A stretch of 64,000 nt of DNA from a bacterium (GTDB lineage Bacteria > Hinthialibacterota > Hinthialibacteria > Hinthialibacterales > Hinthialibacteraceae), in contig JBHGBC010000002.1 in the NCBI GenBank assembly GCA_041946805.1, forward strand, positions 32,001-96,000. The letters run 5' to 3'. The notes under the pieces were generated by a model that did no database searches, was not told where the DNA came from, and saw only the letters and a program-made list of their open reading frames with translations. This document shows, in pieces, positions 31,615-41,315 of the stretch; within the stretch, counting starts at the first letter, position 1, and each line of letters opens with the position of its first letter. The position numbers and the translations under genes are program-made.

Positions 31615-32667
31615 TCATTTCACGGGCTGAATGGTGATTTTCGAGAGGAACAAGCCGAGGATATCCTGGGTGAAGGGGCGGGCGCCGTCGGTGCTGAAGG
31701 CCACGAAAACGCGGTCCGGGGCGCGGCTGGGCCAGAGCGCCGTGTACCCGCCGCCGTACGACCGGTCCGGGGCGAGGTCAATCATGTCCGACCAGGTCCG
31801 GCCTTGATCGGGCGACACGCACAAGGCCGGTTTCCAGGATTTCATGTTGCGCCCCACGCAGATCATCGTCTCCCCCACGGAGCCCAATACCGGATGGCGC
31901 AGGGTAAGGTCCTGAAAGTAGATGACCGGCCCCCATGTGCGCCCGTCATCGGCGCTGATCCGCCCGAAACACCGCACCACCTTGTTCAGATGCCCGATCA
32001 TCAACAGGCTGCCGTCCGGCCGGACCGCGACCGTCGGATAGGTGGGCCGCTCAGGGACCTCGCCCGGCTTCACCAACACGATGCGCTCCGGCCAGGTTTC
32101 GCCCTCGTCCGTGCTGATGTACAACGCCAGACCCTGGGGATGGTAGGCCGGCATCAGCAATTTTCCATAGTGGCAGAGGAGGTGCGTGCTGCAGCCCTGG
32201 TGGCCCCGGCGGCTGTAGCGGTCGATGCTTCCCCGGTTTTCGTAGGTGTGCCCGCAGTCCCGGCTGATCAGCAGCTTGCTGCCCATGATGTTCTCGCCGC
32301 GCACCACGCCCAGGCGGCGCAGCCCCACGCGCTGGATCACCATGAGGATTTTGCCCTCGGGCGTTTGGCCGAAGGCGGGATTGCGGGCTCCGAAACCCTG
32401 GCGCGTCTCTTCGTAAATGATTCCCTCGTCGGTCCAGGTCACGCCTCCATCGGTGCTGCGGCGTTGGCGGATCACCGACTCGCGGCCCGGATCGTCCAGC
32501 GCGTCCTGGTAGGCCACGATCCAATCCCCCTGGAGGCATTGGGTCACGCACGGTCCGTGCAGAAAACGCGCCCGGCCCACGTCGACCGCGTACGGGCCTT
32601 CCACCTGGTACCGGATCCGGTACCGGGAATCGGTGAACGTCATGGTTTTCCGTTGGGAACGCTTCAT
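31615..32667 (-). CDS. BNR/Asp-box beta-propeller (sialidase-like) protein
   Basis: Asp-boxes STDGGVTW, SRDCGHTY, STDEGETW, SADDGRTW and SPDQGRTW. Confidence 0.8.
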   Translation of the reverse strand: MKRSQRKTMTFTDSRYRIRYQVEGPYAVDVGRARFLHGPCVTQCLQGDWIVAYQDALDDPGRESVIRQRRSTDGGVTWTDEGIIYEETRQGFGARNPAFGQTPEGKILMVIQRVGLRRLGVVRGENIMGSKLLISRDCGHTYENRGSIDRYSRRGHQGCSTHLLCHYGKLLMPAYHPQGLALYISTDEGETWPERIVLVKPGEVPERPTYPTVAVRPDGSLLMIGHLNKVVRCFGRISADDGRTWGPVIYFQDLTLRHPVLGSVGETMICVGRNMKSWKPALCVSPDQGRTWSDMIDLAPDRSYGGGYTALWPSRAPDRVFVAFSTDGARPFTQDILGLFLSKITIQPVK

Positions 32668-32873
32668 GCTTCCCCGCTCCTGTCCGGGCCCTTCATCTTC
32701 CCGCAAGTTGTGGAGAAATCAAAGAGTGGAGCCAGGGAGAGAGGGAAGGCGAACGCTGGGTGTGTTTTTTCGTGCCCGATGTTGAAACCCGCGGCAGCCC
32801 ATCGGGATCCCCCGCGGGAATGGGGATGAGAGGCCCGGCCACCCATGGAAGCCGTCTAGGGTTGGGCGGATAG

Positions 32874-32955
32874 GTTGGATTACGCCGCGCTGACCCGTCC
32901 AACCTTTCTGTGAGGGAGGAATCGTGATGGGTTACGCTTTGCTAACCCATCCCAC
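32874..32955 (+). repeat. Two tandem REP-like palindromes, family B (GATGGGTTACGC-loop-GCTAACCCATCCTAC)
   Basis: Degenerate copy at 32874-32903; good copy gatgggttacgctttgctaacccatcccac at 32926-32955. Confidence 0.8.
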
Positions 32956-33011
32956 GATGATTGAGGACGGTTGTGGTAGGATCGGGGCATTTCACCTCCG
33001 GGAGGCGAATC

Positions 33012-33956
33012 ATGAAAGGTGCTATCCGATATGTCGTGGTTTTGATCTGGATTGGATCGCTCTTCGTTCCCACGGCCGGCTGGGGAGAGGATTTTGCCGG
33101 ATATGAGCTGCTGGTCACCTCCATCCGCACGGGCAATCCGGACATTTTTCTCGTGAATCCCGAAACCGGCGACGCCCGCAATCTCACCCGCCACCCGGCC
33201 GACGACCGCTACCCGGCCTGGGCGCCCGATGGCCGCCGGTTCACGTTCACCTCGGACCGGGACGGCGCGTTCAACATCTATGCCGCGGATTCCGAGGGCG
33301 GCCGCCTCTTCCAGTTGACTCACGAGAAATCTCCCACCGTTTGCTTCTATCCCACCTGGGCGGCCAACGGCACGATCGCGTTCGGGAGGGACACGGGCGG
33401 GAAGGTGGAGATCCGGCTTATGAAGGAGGATGGCTCCGAGCCGCGTTTCGTGGGGCCGGGAACCGATCCGTGTCTGTCTCCCGACGGCCGGCGGATCGCC
33501 TTCACCCGGAAGGCGGGCCAGGGATTTTGCGTCTTCGTGATGGACGCGGACGGGGGGAATGTCCGGCCGATCAGCACGCGTGAAAACGAGTTGGGAGCCG
33601 TGGTTCCCACGTTTTCGCCCGACGGAACGCGGATCCTATACAGCGATCAGGTGGGCGGCGCGCTGGAAATTTTCGTTTGCGATGCTCAAGAAGGAAATCC
33701 CAGGCAACTAACGTTCCTGGGGAAGCTCAGCACCTCGGCGGCCTGGTCTCCGGATGGGCGGTGGATCACGTTCCGCGTGACGGAATCCGCCTTTTGGCGG
33801 GACACGGCCGAGCGGGAGAAAGCCTACCGGGAGAAACGCGGCGACCTGCGCCCGGTGTATCTCATGGGCGGGGATGGAGCGGATCCCCATGTGATCGAGA
33901 CACTGCGGTATCAGTGCGCGGTGGATGGCAGCCGCGCCGTCTGGCGGCCGGACTAG
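33012..33956 (+). CDS. Secreted TolB-like (PD40 repeat) beta-propeller protein
   Basis: GGAGG RBS, signal peptide, and repeated PAWAPDG/LSPDG/FSPDG/WSPDG motifs. Confidence 0.85.
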   Translation: MKGAIRYVVVLIWIGSLFVPTAGWGEDFAGYELLVTSIRTGNPDIFLVNPETGDARNLTRHPADDRYPAWAPDGRRFTFTSDRDGAFNIYAADSEGGRLFQLTHEKSPTVCFYPTWAANGTIAFGRDTGGKVEIRLMKEDGSEPRFVGPGTDPCLSPDGRRIAFTRKAGQGFCVFVMDADGGNVRPISTRENELGAVVPTFSPDGTRILYSDQVGGALEIFVCDAQEGNPRQLTFLGKLSTSAAWSPDGRWITFRVTESAFWRDTAEREKAYREKRGDLRPVYLMGGDGADPHVIETLRYQCAVDGSRAVWRPD

Positions 33957-33964
33957 TTGGCATG

Positions 33965-33994
33965 GATGGGTTACGCTGCACTAACCCATCCTAC
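33965..33994 (+). repeat. REP-like palindrome, family B
   Basis: gatgggttacgctgcactaacccatcctac, between convergent genes. Confidence 0.85.
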
Positions 33995-34019
33995 GGTTTT
34001 AGATCCTACGTTATTGGAT

Positions 34020-35204
34020 TCATGGCTGGATAGTCAGTTCCTCCCATACCGGAATCTCGACCGTCATGAGGTCGTAATTGCCAAAATAGCCGGAGGCGAA
34101 GAGCACCCGGCGGCCGTCGGGGCTGATGGACTGATGCGTGTGGATGTTCTTCTGGGGGCGGTGCCCCTGGGTCAGCAGGCGGGTTTGGACCAGGGCGATG
34201 TCGATCAGGATCAGCTCGCCCTGAAAGGTGTCCACCACCGCGTAGCGCTGATCGGGCGTGCCGCAAACATGCCAGTTGGGGCCGCGGTAATGCATCACCG
34301 CCTCGCGGTCCGGATACCGCACGGAGGCCACGCCGAACGGTTGGTTGCCCATCTTGGCGGTCTCCTCGGAGATGTTGAACAACGCGCGGTCCATGCCCCA
34401 CCAGGTTTCATGCGTCACCCACTCGTCCGGGGTTTCCTGGTAGAACGGCATGTTGCCGGAGCCGTCAGAGCGCGTTACCCACAGGCGCTGGGGCGCGTCG
34501 CCGCCGGTCTCGTGGCAATACATGACCAGGCCGGGGACCACGGGATTGGCCTGCACGTGACCGGTCATGAACGGCGTTTTCAAGAACCGCGTCCACTCGC
34601 CGGTGGCCAGATTCAGCTTGAGCAAGAACCACTCGTCCGTCTTGCGGTCCCGGCCGCTGGTGTAAAGCCACTGCCCATCGGCATCGACCGAGGGAACATC
34701 CCGGACTTCCAGGTCCCCGGGGAACGCGGCGATCACCGTTTCATACGCCGTGGCCGATTGGACTTCGCCCCGGACGCGGCCGGCGAGCACCGCCCCCGCG
34801 TCGATCCGTTTGACCTGTTGATCCTGAAAGAGGTACATCTCGTTGGCGCGGCGGCCAAGATAGGCGTGACCCACGGGCGAGCCTTGCGTGAGTTGAGTGA
34901 TCACGCCGGTCTCTTCATTGACGGCGAACAACTGGCTGGAACCGGCCCGGTCCGACACGAAGACGATGTGTTTCCCGTCGGCCAGCCAGCTGGGATGCGT
35001 CTGGTAGAGTTTGTTGTCCACTCCGGGCGCGCGAGTTAATGCAGTGATCTGGAGGCCGGTCTTGGCATCCGGAAAGGTCATCTTCTCGCTGGGGAATTGG
35101 GTTCCGGCGCCGGAGGCGGCGGTGATCCGGGAAACAATGATTATCAGCCCAATACACCATGCCCGGAACAGAAAATTCATGATCCCTTGTTTTTTATCAT
35201 TCAT
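34020..35204 (-). CDS. Oligogalacturonate lyase (PL22/Ogl)-like secreted beta-propeller
   Basis: DAKTGLQITALT, GHVQANP, YCHETGG...QRLW, WVTHETW and HTHQSISPDG motifs; N-terminal signal-like segment. Confidence 0.72.
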   Translation of the reverse strand: MNDKKQGIMNFLFRAWCIGLIIIVSRITAASGAGTQFPSEKMTFPDAKTGLQITALTRAPGVDNKLYQTHPSWLADGKHIVFVSDRAGSSQLFAVNEETGVITQLTQGSPVGHAYLGRRANEMYLFQDQQVKRIDAGAVLAGRVRGEVQSATAYETVIAAFPGDLEVRDVPSVDADGQWLYTSGRDRKTDEWFLLKLNLATGEWTRFLKTPFMTGHVQANPVVPGLVMYCHETGGDAPQRLWVTRSDGSGNMPFYQETPDEWVTHETWWGMDRALFNISEETAKMGNQPFGVASVRYPDREAVMHYRGPNWHVCGTPDQRYAVVDTFQGELILIDIALVQTRLLTQGHRPQKNIHTHQSISPDGRRVLFASGYFGNYDLMTVEIPVWEELTIQP

Positions 35205-35347
35205 TGATCTTTCGCTCCCCTCCACCCGCTGGAATGGGTTGTTTCACAATCATCGACAAACGGATCCCGGGGTCAACCGGTGTCCCGGAGCCGCGTAACC
35301 GGGAGGCCGCCAACACAAAAAACCTCTTGCCATTTCCTTTCCGGTGT

Positions 35348-35376
35348 TTTACATCAAAGCAGCGCGGGTGTATAAT
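35348..35376 (+). promoter_or_regulatory. Sigma70-like promoter
   Basis: TTTACA-N17-TATAAT upstream of the gene starting at 35513. Confidence 0.55.
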
Positions 35377-35512
35377 GGATGGGGTTTGGCGTTCCTTGTA
35401 TTATAAAGTAAAACAGATAGGCCACACAAAAAAATGGATGTAATTTTGTTTTATCCAAATATATGTGTTGTTCCAATTCAAGACAATCGATAAAAAGGAG
35501 GAGGGTATTTTA

Positions 35513-37546
35513 ATGAAACGCATGTTGGGATTGGCTGTGTTTGCTCTCTGGATCGCCCCGCTGGGTTTCGCGGGGGAAAACATCATCCGCCTCGAGTTTT
35601 CCGGCAATACCCCCGAGGCCAACCAAGTCTCCCTGCAGCCCGCGGGATTCGGGCAGTTTCCCGACGCCCCGCTGACGTTCGGCTCCATCCCCACGGATAA
35701 CGCGTTCCCCGGAGCCACCGACGGACGGGGCGTCATCGTGACCGCCGGCCCGGAATCCGGCGTCATGATCTTCGGTCCGGTGATCCAAACCACTCAGCTG
35801 GTGCTGGCGCGGTGCGCGGTGCGGTCGAGCGGGCCGAACGCGCAGGTCACGATCGCCACGATCGACATGGGAAGCAACGTCTTCGTGTCGCAGAATCGGC
35901 CGGAAAACGGGGGATATTTCGCGAATCAATACAGACGCATAGCCACGCTCAGCCTGCCCCGCCCCGCCGGTCTGCAACCGTTGATCCAGGTGTTCAATCC
36001 CAGCACCACCGATCCCTTGACCGTCTATCTCGACAATTTTGAATTCATCCAGCTCGCGGAAGGAACGTTTTATAACGTCGATTTCCTCGACGGGGATGAA
36101 AACGATCCCGCCGTCGTCAGCATCCCCGGCGGGCAGCCACAGCCCACGCCCACCCAGCCTGCGGTCCCCACGGTGACGCCTACCGTTCCCGGAACCGCGC
36201 CGACGCCGACCTGGACCCCGACCCCGGTGACGGAGCCCTCCGGAACCGCGGTGGGATTGCGCCTCACGGCCTGCGATCCGGAGAAGCCCGTGAGCCTCAA
36301 CGCCGACAACCAGGTTTTCCTGCCTGTCCGGATCGATCTGATCGACACGGCCGGCCGCATTGTGAATCCGGGCACCGAAGGGGGAGACAGCGAGAAAGAG
36401 GTGACGGTGACGGTCTCCGGTTCGGCCCTCACCAGCCAGGACAGCAACACGGCCGTCATCACCGTCGACCGGCCGGACGGCAATACCGTGGCCTTGTGGG
36501 ACACGGCGGCCGAGGAAGTCATGGTGACCGCCACGTCGCCCGGCCTGGCCAGCGCCGCCCCGGTGAAGGTGCGGTTCGTGACCGCGGGCGGCATCCAAGG
36601 CCTGATCCGGGCGTGGGATGGCACGGCCTATACCGTTCCCTTCCTGGTCACGGTGAGCGCGGAAGTCTACCAATCGGGCTCCCAGCAGGCGGTTCCGGAC
36701 GCCCGTTTCAACATGGAAATGGATGGCAGTTATACCATCTCCGGCCTGCCCGCCGGATCCTATGACGTGCAGTTCGTGCCTTCGGAACCCATGAGCATTC
36801 CCGGTCTGCCGGACGATTTCGAAATCCCGGGATTCTCCTCGATCCCCTTGCAGTGGGTTTGCGTGAAGGGGATCGCAGTCACGACCGGACAAACCACCAA
36901 GGGGATCAACGTGGACTTGGGTCCCCGGACCGGCGGGGCGAAATTGCACGGCCTCGTGAGCCGGACCGATGGCTTGCCGGTGGAATTCGCGACCGTGGTT
37001 CTGATTCCGGAGGAAAGCAACACGGTCCCCTGTGAACGCAAGGAATGGACGGCCGCGGTGATGAATTTCGAGGGTTCCGCCGATTTCGTGCCGTCGTACA
37101 GTTTCAAGGAAATCCCGGCGGGCCGCTACCGGGTACAATGCATTTCCATCCAGCAAGACAGCCAAGCCACCAATGGCGAGGGTGAGCTGATCACCCTGGC
37201 GGCCGGGCAAGACATGGAACTGAACATCGTGGTGAAACCCATCCTCAACATCACGCCGGAATCCCCCATCGGCTTCAGACGCATCGGCGCGCCGGTGACG
37301 CTGCAATGGAGCGTACCCTCGGGTACGCCGCCGATGACCTACACGGTCAGCGTGATGGACCACTGCATGAACCTGATCTGGACGCAGCAGGTCACGAATC
37401 AGACCCAGGTTAATTACGCGGGTCCGGCGTTGTCCAACCAGGATATGTATACCTGGTACGTGATGGGAGCCTCCGCGGACGGTTCCACCAGCGGCCAGAT
37501 GATGGGATTCACCAATGAGGCCGCGCCGGAGTTTCTGGTGAAGTGA
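35513..37546 (+). CDS. Secreted multidomain protein with Pro/Thr linker and Ig-like/carboxypeptidase-regulatory-like beta-sandwich domains
   Basis: AGGAGG RBS, signal peptide MKRMLGLAVFALWIAPLGFA, PTPT linker, and DGSYTISGLPAGSYDV and YSFKEIPAGRY motifs. Confidence 0.8.
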   Translation: MKRMLGLAVFALWIAPLGFAGENIIRLEFSGNTPEANQVSLQPAGFGQFPDAPLTFGSIPTDNAFPGATDGRGVIVTAGPESGVMIFGPVIQTTQLVLARCAVRSSGPNAQVTIATIDMGSNVFVSQNRPENGGYFANQYRRIATLSLPRPAGLQPLIQVFNPSTTDPLTVYLDNFEFIQLAEGTFYNVDFLDGDENDPAVVSIPGGQPQPTPTQPAVPTVTPTVPGTAPTPTWTPTPVTEPSGTAVGLRLTACDPEKPVSLNADNQVFLPVRIDLIDTAGRIVNPGTEGGDSEKEVTVTVSGSALTSQDSNTAVITVDRPDGNTVALWDTAAEEVMVTATSPGLASAAPVKVRFVTAGGIQGLIRAWDGTAYTVPFLVTVSAEVYQSGSQQAVPDARFNMEMDGSYTISGLPAGSYDVQFVPSEPMSIPGLPDDFEIPGFSSIPLQWVCVKGIAVTTGQTTKGINVDLGPRTGGAKLHGLVSRTDGLPVEFATVVLIPEESNTVPCERKEWTAAVMNFEGSADFVPSYSFKEIPAGRYRVQCISIQQDSQATNGEGELITLAAGQDMELNIVVKPILNITPESPIGFRRIGAPVTLQWSVPSGTPPMTYTVSVMDHCMNLIWTQQVTNQTQVNYAGPALSNQDMYTWYVMGASADGSTSGQMMGFTNEAAPEFLVK

Positions 37547-37577
37547 GGTTCCAGTTCGAATAGGCGGCAAAAGAGAA

Positions 37578-37612
37578 GGGGTGGACCGGTGGTGTCCGCC
37601 CCGGTTTTTTTT
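37578..37612 (+). terminator. Intrinsic terminator
   Basis: GGGGTGGAC-loop-GTCCGCCCC followed by GG and T8. Confidence 0.75.
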
Positions 37613-37627
37613 AAGGTAAACAATTTA

Positions 37628-37838
37628 GGTTCATCCGGGCCGGGCGTGCATGATGAGGATAAGGTAGTCCATCCATTCTATGATGGGGGCGGACACCAAG
37701 GTCCTCCCCTACAATATTCCCTCACCCTAACCCTCTCCCCGAAGGAGAGGGGATTTTGGGGTGGTTCTCTTGTATCAACTGGAGGGGATGCAGGTCGAAC
37801 AACTAGATAAAAAACAGTACGTAGTTACCGGAGAAACC
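37628..37838 (+). repeat. Composite dispersed element, copy 3
   Basis: ggttcatccgg...ggcggacaccaaggtcctcccctac, REP A at 37719-37751, then gtacgtagttaccggagaaacc. Confidence 0.75.
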
Positions 37839-37903
37839 TCATTTTTATTAGTTTTTCCACTTTCTCCTGTTCCACTCAATTTATGATTCCACCACTCCCC
37901 CTT

Positions 37904-37931
37904 TTGCAACTCAGTTGCATCCTGCTATAAT
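37904..37931 (+). promoter_or_regulatory. Zur-box-like palindrome overlapping a sigma70 promoter
   Basis: TTGCAACTCAGTTGCAT (37904-37920) followed by TGCTATAAT (extended -10), immediately upstream of zur-znuACB. Confidence 0.75.
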
Positions 37932-37946
37932 TCGTACCGCCTGGGA

Positions 37947-38387
37947 ATGGACATGAAAACCGAACCGGATTCTCAACCCGCGGCCGCCCGGCGGATCCTG
38001 GAAACCGCCCGCGTGAAACCTACGCGGGCCCGGCTGATCCTGCTCGGTCTGCTTTTGCGGGAGCATAGCCCTCTCCTCCATGAAGAGATCCACACGCGGC
38101 TTCTGGAGACCGGCATCAATCGGGTCACCCTGTACCGCGCGCTGCAATGCTTCATGGAGGCCGGGATCGTCCACCGCGTCGAGGCCGGGGACCGCTTATG
38201 GCGTTTCGCCGTGTGCCATGACATTCACCATGGGCATTGCCATCCGCATTTCACCTGCCGGGTCTGCGGGCGGGTGGAATGCCTGAGCCAGTGCCTCATG
38301 CCGATGGTCGAGTCCGTGGCTCCCGGGTACCAAATCGAAGAGCAGGAGATTTATCTTCGGGGAATCTGCGCCGGCTGCGCCACGTGA
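37947..38387 (+). CDS. zur: Fur-family metalloregulator, probably Zur
   Basis: TRARL, INRVTLYRAL, HHGHCHPHFTCRVCG and GICAGC motifs; upstream of znuACB. Confidence 0.82.
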   Translation: MDMKTEPDSQPAAARRILETARVKPTRARLILLGLLLREHSPLLHEEIHTRLLETGINRVTLYRALQCFMEAGIVHRVEAGDRLWRFAVCHDIHHGHCHPHFTCRVCGRVECLSQCLMPMVESVAPGYQIEEQEIYLRGICAGCAT

Positions 38388-38437
38388 GAATCCGGCGTTC
38401 CCAGACCGAGCCGCGTCCTGGAGACACAAATCATAAA

Positions 38438-38521
38438 CCCTCGTCCTTGGGCAAGGGGCTGGAGTGAGGGGTATGGTAGAAAGATTTTCCCTCACCCTAC
38501 CCTTTTCCCAGCGGGAGAGGG
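38438..38521. repeat. Back-to-back pair of family A REPs
   Basis: Reverse degenerate copy at 38438-38470 and forward copy at 38489-38521. Confidence 0.75.
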
Positions 38522-38606
38522 AAATAACGACTCGCCAACAGTTAACTCCGACGGAGCTTCCGTGGCCGTGATTTCCTTGCGCGAAAGAACGGGAAACAGT
38601 TGTCCG

Positions 38607-39527
38607 ATGAACCGAAAAAAGAAACCTATGTGTCATTGGTGGTCTCTTCCGTCCCGCTGGGCGTGGATCGTCCTGGTTTTCCTGGGGGGGACGCCGGGCC
38701 AGGCCGCGGAGACCAAAATCAATGTCTATGCCAGCATCCCGCCGCACGCCTATTTCGTGGAACGAATCGGCGGCAGCCATGTAAATGTGCTCGTCATGAT
38801 CGGGCCGGGCCAGAATCACGAGACCTACGAACCGGCGCCCCGGCAGATGGTGCAGTTGTCGAAATCCCGTCTTTATTTTCAGGCCGGGCTGCCGTTCGAG
38901 GATGTGTGGCTGCGGCGTATCCAAAGCCTCAATCCGCAACTCAGGGTCGTCGATCTGCGTGAAGGCATCACCCTGCGCCCCCTGGCCGGCCACGCGCAGG
39001 AAGCTGAAGCGGCACCGGAGCCGCGCGCGAAAAACGGCGAATTGAAAGATCCCCATATCTGGCTTAATCCGATGTTTGCCCAAATCCAGGCCCGCGCCAT
39101 CGCCCAGGCCCTGGAGGCGGGGGATCCGGCCCACGCCGCGGAATACCGGAACAACCTGGAACCGTTGCTAACCGATCTGCGGGCCTTGCATGAAGAAATC
39201 ACCAAGCTGCTGACCGGCCCGCGGACCACAAAATTCATCGTATATCACCCTGCCTGGGGTTATTTCGCGGACGCGTACGGCCTGGAACAGATTTCCGTGG
39301 AGGTGGAGGGCAAGGAACCTTCCGCGCAGCAACTGGCGGAGCTGATCGAGACCGCCAAGGCCAACCAGATCAAAACGGTCTTCATCGAGCCACGAATCAG
39401 CCAGAAGTCCGCCGAAACCCTCGCCCAGGAAATCGGGGGGAAAGTGGCGGTCCTCGATCCCCTGGGCAAGGAATATATGGAGAACCTGAAAAAAGCCGCC
39501 CAGACCATCGCCGAGGCCTTGCGATGA
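38607..39527 (+). CDS. znuA: Zn ABC transporter substrate-binding protein
   Basis: NHETYEP, DPHIWLNP, YHPAWGYF and LDPL motifs. Start is uncertain (38562/38607/38628). Confidence 0.88.
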   Translation: MNRKKKPMCHWWSLPSRWAWIVLVFLGGTPGQAAETKINVYASIPPHAYFVERIGGSHVNVLVMIGPGQNHETYEPAPRQMVQLSKSRLYFQAGLPFEDVWLRRIQSLNPQLRVVDLREGITLRPLAGHAQEAEAAPEPRAKNGELKDPHIWLNPMFAQIQARAIAQALEAGDPAHAAEYRNNLEPLLTDLRALHEEITKLLTGPRTTKFIVYHPAWGYFADAYGLEQISVEVEGKEPSAQQLAELIETAKANQIKTVFIEPRISQKSAETLAQEIGGKVAVLDPLGKEYMENLKKAAQTIAEALR

Positions 39528-40282
39528 CCTCTCCCGCCTTGATCGAAGTCCAAGACGTGTCGTTCCGTTATGAAACGGATCCGATCCTGGACAGGGTTTC
39601 CCTGCGCGTGGACGAGGGCGATTTCATCGGCCTGATCGGCCCCAACGGCGGGGGCAAGACCACGCTGCTCAAGATCCTGCTGGGACTCCTGACGCCCCAG
39701 CAAGGCCGGGTGCGGGTGATGGGACGGCCTCCCCGCGAAGTTTCCGCCCAAATCGGCTATGTGCCGCAGCAGATTCACTTCGACAAGGAATTTCCCATCA
39801 GCGTGCTCGAGGTCGTGCTGCTCGGCTGCCAGGGGCGCTCGCCGCTCTTCGGCGGATACCGCCGGCGGGAACGGGAGACGGCCGAGCAGGCGCTGCGGGA
39901 AGTGGATCTGCTGCCCTTCCGCCACCGGCGTTTCGGAACGCTCTCGGGAGGTCAGCGCCAGCGGGTGCTCATCGCGCGCGCCCTGGCCGGCCGGCCCCGC
40001 CTGCTGATCATGGACGAACCCACCGCCAACGTGGACAGCCTGTCACAGCAGCAGATTTACGATTGGCTGCATCAAATCAACGAGAAATGCACGATTATCC
40101 TGGTTTCGCACGACCTGGGCGTGGTCTCGGCCCATGTCACGCGGGTGGCGTGCCTCAACCGGCGGATGGTGATTCATCCAACGACCGCCATCACCGATTC
40201 CATGATCCAGGATATCTACCAATCGCACGTCCACCTGGTCGATCACGACAACATTCTTCAAACCAAAGATCCAACGGCATAA
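39524..40282 (+). CDS. znuC: Zn ABC transporter ATP-binding protein
   Basis: GPNGGGKTT, GYVPQ, LSGGQRQR, MDEP and SHDL...VACLN motifs. Confidence 0.9.
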   Translation: MTSPALIEVQDVSFRYETDPILDRVSLRVDEGDFIGLIGPNGGGKTTLLKILLGLLTPQQGRVRVMGRPPREVSAQIGYVPQQIHFDKEFPISVLEVVLLGCQGRSPLFGGYRRRERETAEQALREVDLLPFRHRRFGTLSGGQRQRVLIARALAGRPRLLIMDEPTANVDSLSQQQIYDWLHQINEKCTIILVSHDLGVVSAHVTRVACLNRRMVIHPTTAITDSMIQDIYQSHVHLVDHDNILQTKDPTA

Positions 40283-40297
40283 GACGGGAGCGCGGCC

Positions 40298-41143
40298 TTG
40301 AGTGAATTTTTCGAGGTTCTGTGGAACCAGCCCTTCATGCAGCACGCTTTTCTCACGGGGATCCTCGCCAGCCTCGCCTGCGGCGTCATCGGCTCGTATG
40401 TCGTCGTGAAGCGGATCGTGTTCATCAGCGGGGGGATCTCCCATTCCGTGCTGGCGGGGATGGGGCTGGCCTGTTACCTGGGATATCCTCCGCTGCCCGG
40501 CGCGGTGCTGTTCGCCCTGTTCTCGGCGTTACTCATCGGGATCATCAGTCTGCGCACCCGCCAACGCGAGGACACCATCATCGGGGCGGTCTGGGCCGTG
40601 GGGATGGCCGCCGGACTCATTTTCATCTCCCTCACGCCCGGCTACAACGCGGACCTCATGAGCTACCTCTTCGGGAATATCCTCATGGTTTCCCGCGAGG
40701 ACCTGCTGATCATCTCCGCCCTCGATTTGCTCATCTTTCTGCTTGTCTTTCTCTTCCATAAACAATTTCTCGCCGTGTGCTTCGACGAGGAATACGCCCG
40801 GCTGCAGGGCGTCCGCGTGGACGCCGTGTATCTCCTGCTGCTCTGCCTCATCGCCCTGACCATCGTGGTGCTCATCCAGGTGACCGGCATCATTCTGGTG
40901 CTCGCCCTGCTCACCCTGCCCGCCGCGTCCGCCTCCCACTACGCCCGGAGCCTGCTGCCCATGATGATCATCGCCACCGGAGTGGGCATGGTCTGCACCT
41001 CGGCGGGACTCTTCCTCTCGTACGAACCGAACCTCCCCACCGGGGCGGCTATCGTGATGACCGCCGGCGTGATTTATCTGATTTCCACGGTGGTTCACGC
41101 GCTGTGGTTGTTCCGCCAACGGAGGCAACACAGCCGGGCCTGA
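40298..41143 (+). CDS. znuB: Zn ABC transporter permease
   Basis: ISGGISHS, YLFGNIL, FDEEYA and LTLPAA motifs. Confidence 0.9.
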   Translation: MSEFFEVLWNQPFMQHAFLTGILASLACGVIGSYVVVKRIVFISGGISHSVLAGMGLACYLGYPPLPGAVLFALFSALLIGIISLRTRQREDTIIGAVWAVGMAAGLIFISLTPGYNADLMSYLFGNILMVSREDLLIISALDLLIFLLVFLFHKQFLAVCFDEEYARLQGVRVDAVYLLLLCLIALTIVVLIQVTGIILVLALLTLPAASASHYARSLLPMMIIATGVGMVCTSAGLFLSYEPNLPTGAAIVMTAGVIYLISTVVHALWLFRQRRQHSRA

Positions 41144-41168
41144 CGCGTGAAGGGCGCCCCGATAAAAT

Positions 41169-41281
41169 TCATCACCCCGGCCTTCTTACAGAGGGAGAGG
41201 GGGATTGTCTGAATCAGGATGGTCAGGATGGACAAGATGAGCAGGATGGTTGATGGGTTACGCTTCGCTAACCCATCCCAC
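41169..41281 (+). repeat. Repeat cluster: degenerate REP A, 9-mer tandem (CAGGATGNN x4) and REP B
   Basis: REP A at 41169-41201; caggatggt-caggatgga-caagatgag-caggatggt; REP B gatgggttacgcttcgctaacccatcccac at 41252-41281. Confidence 0.8.
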
Positions 41282-41315
41282 AAGGCGAATCGACACTCAT
41301 TCAGGAGGGACGGCC

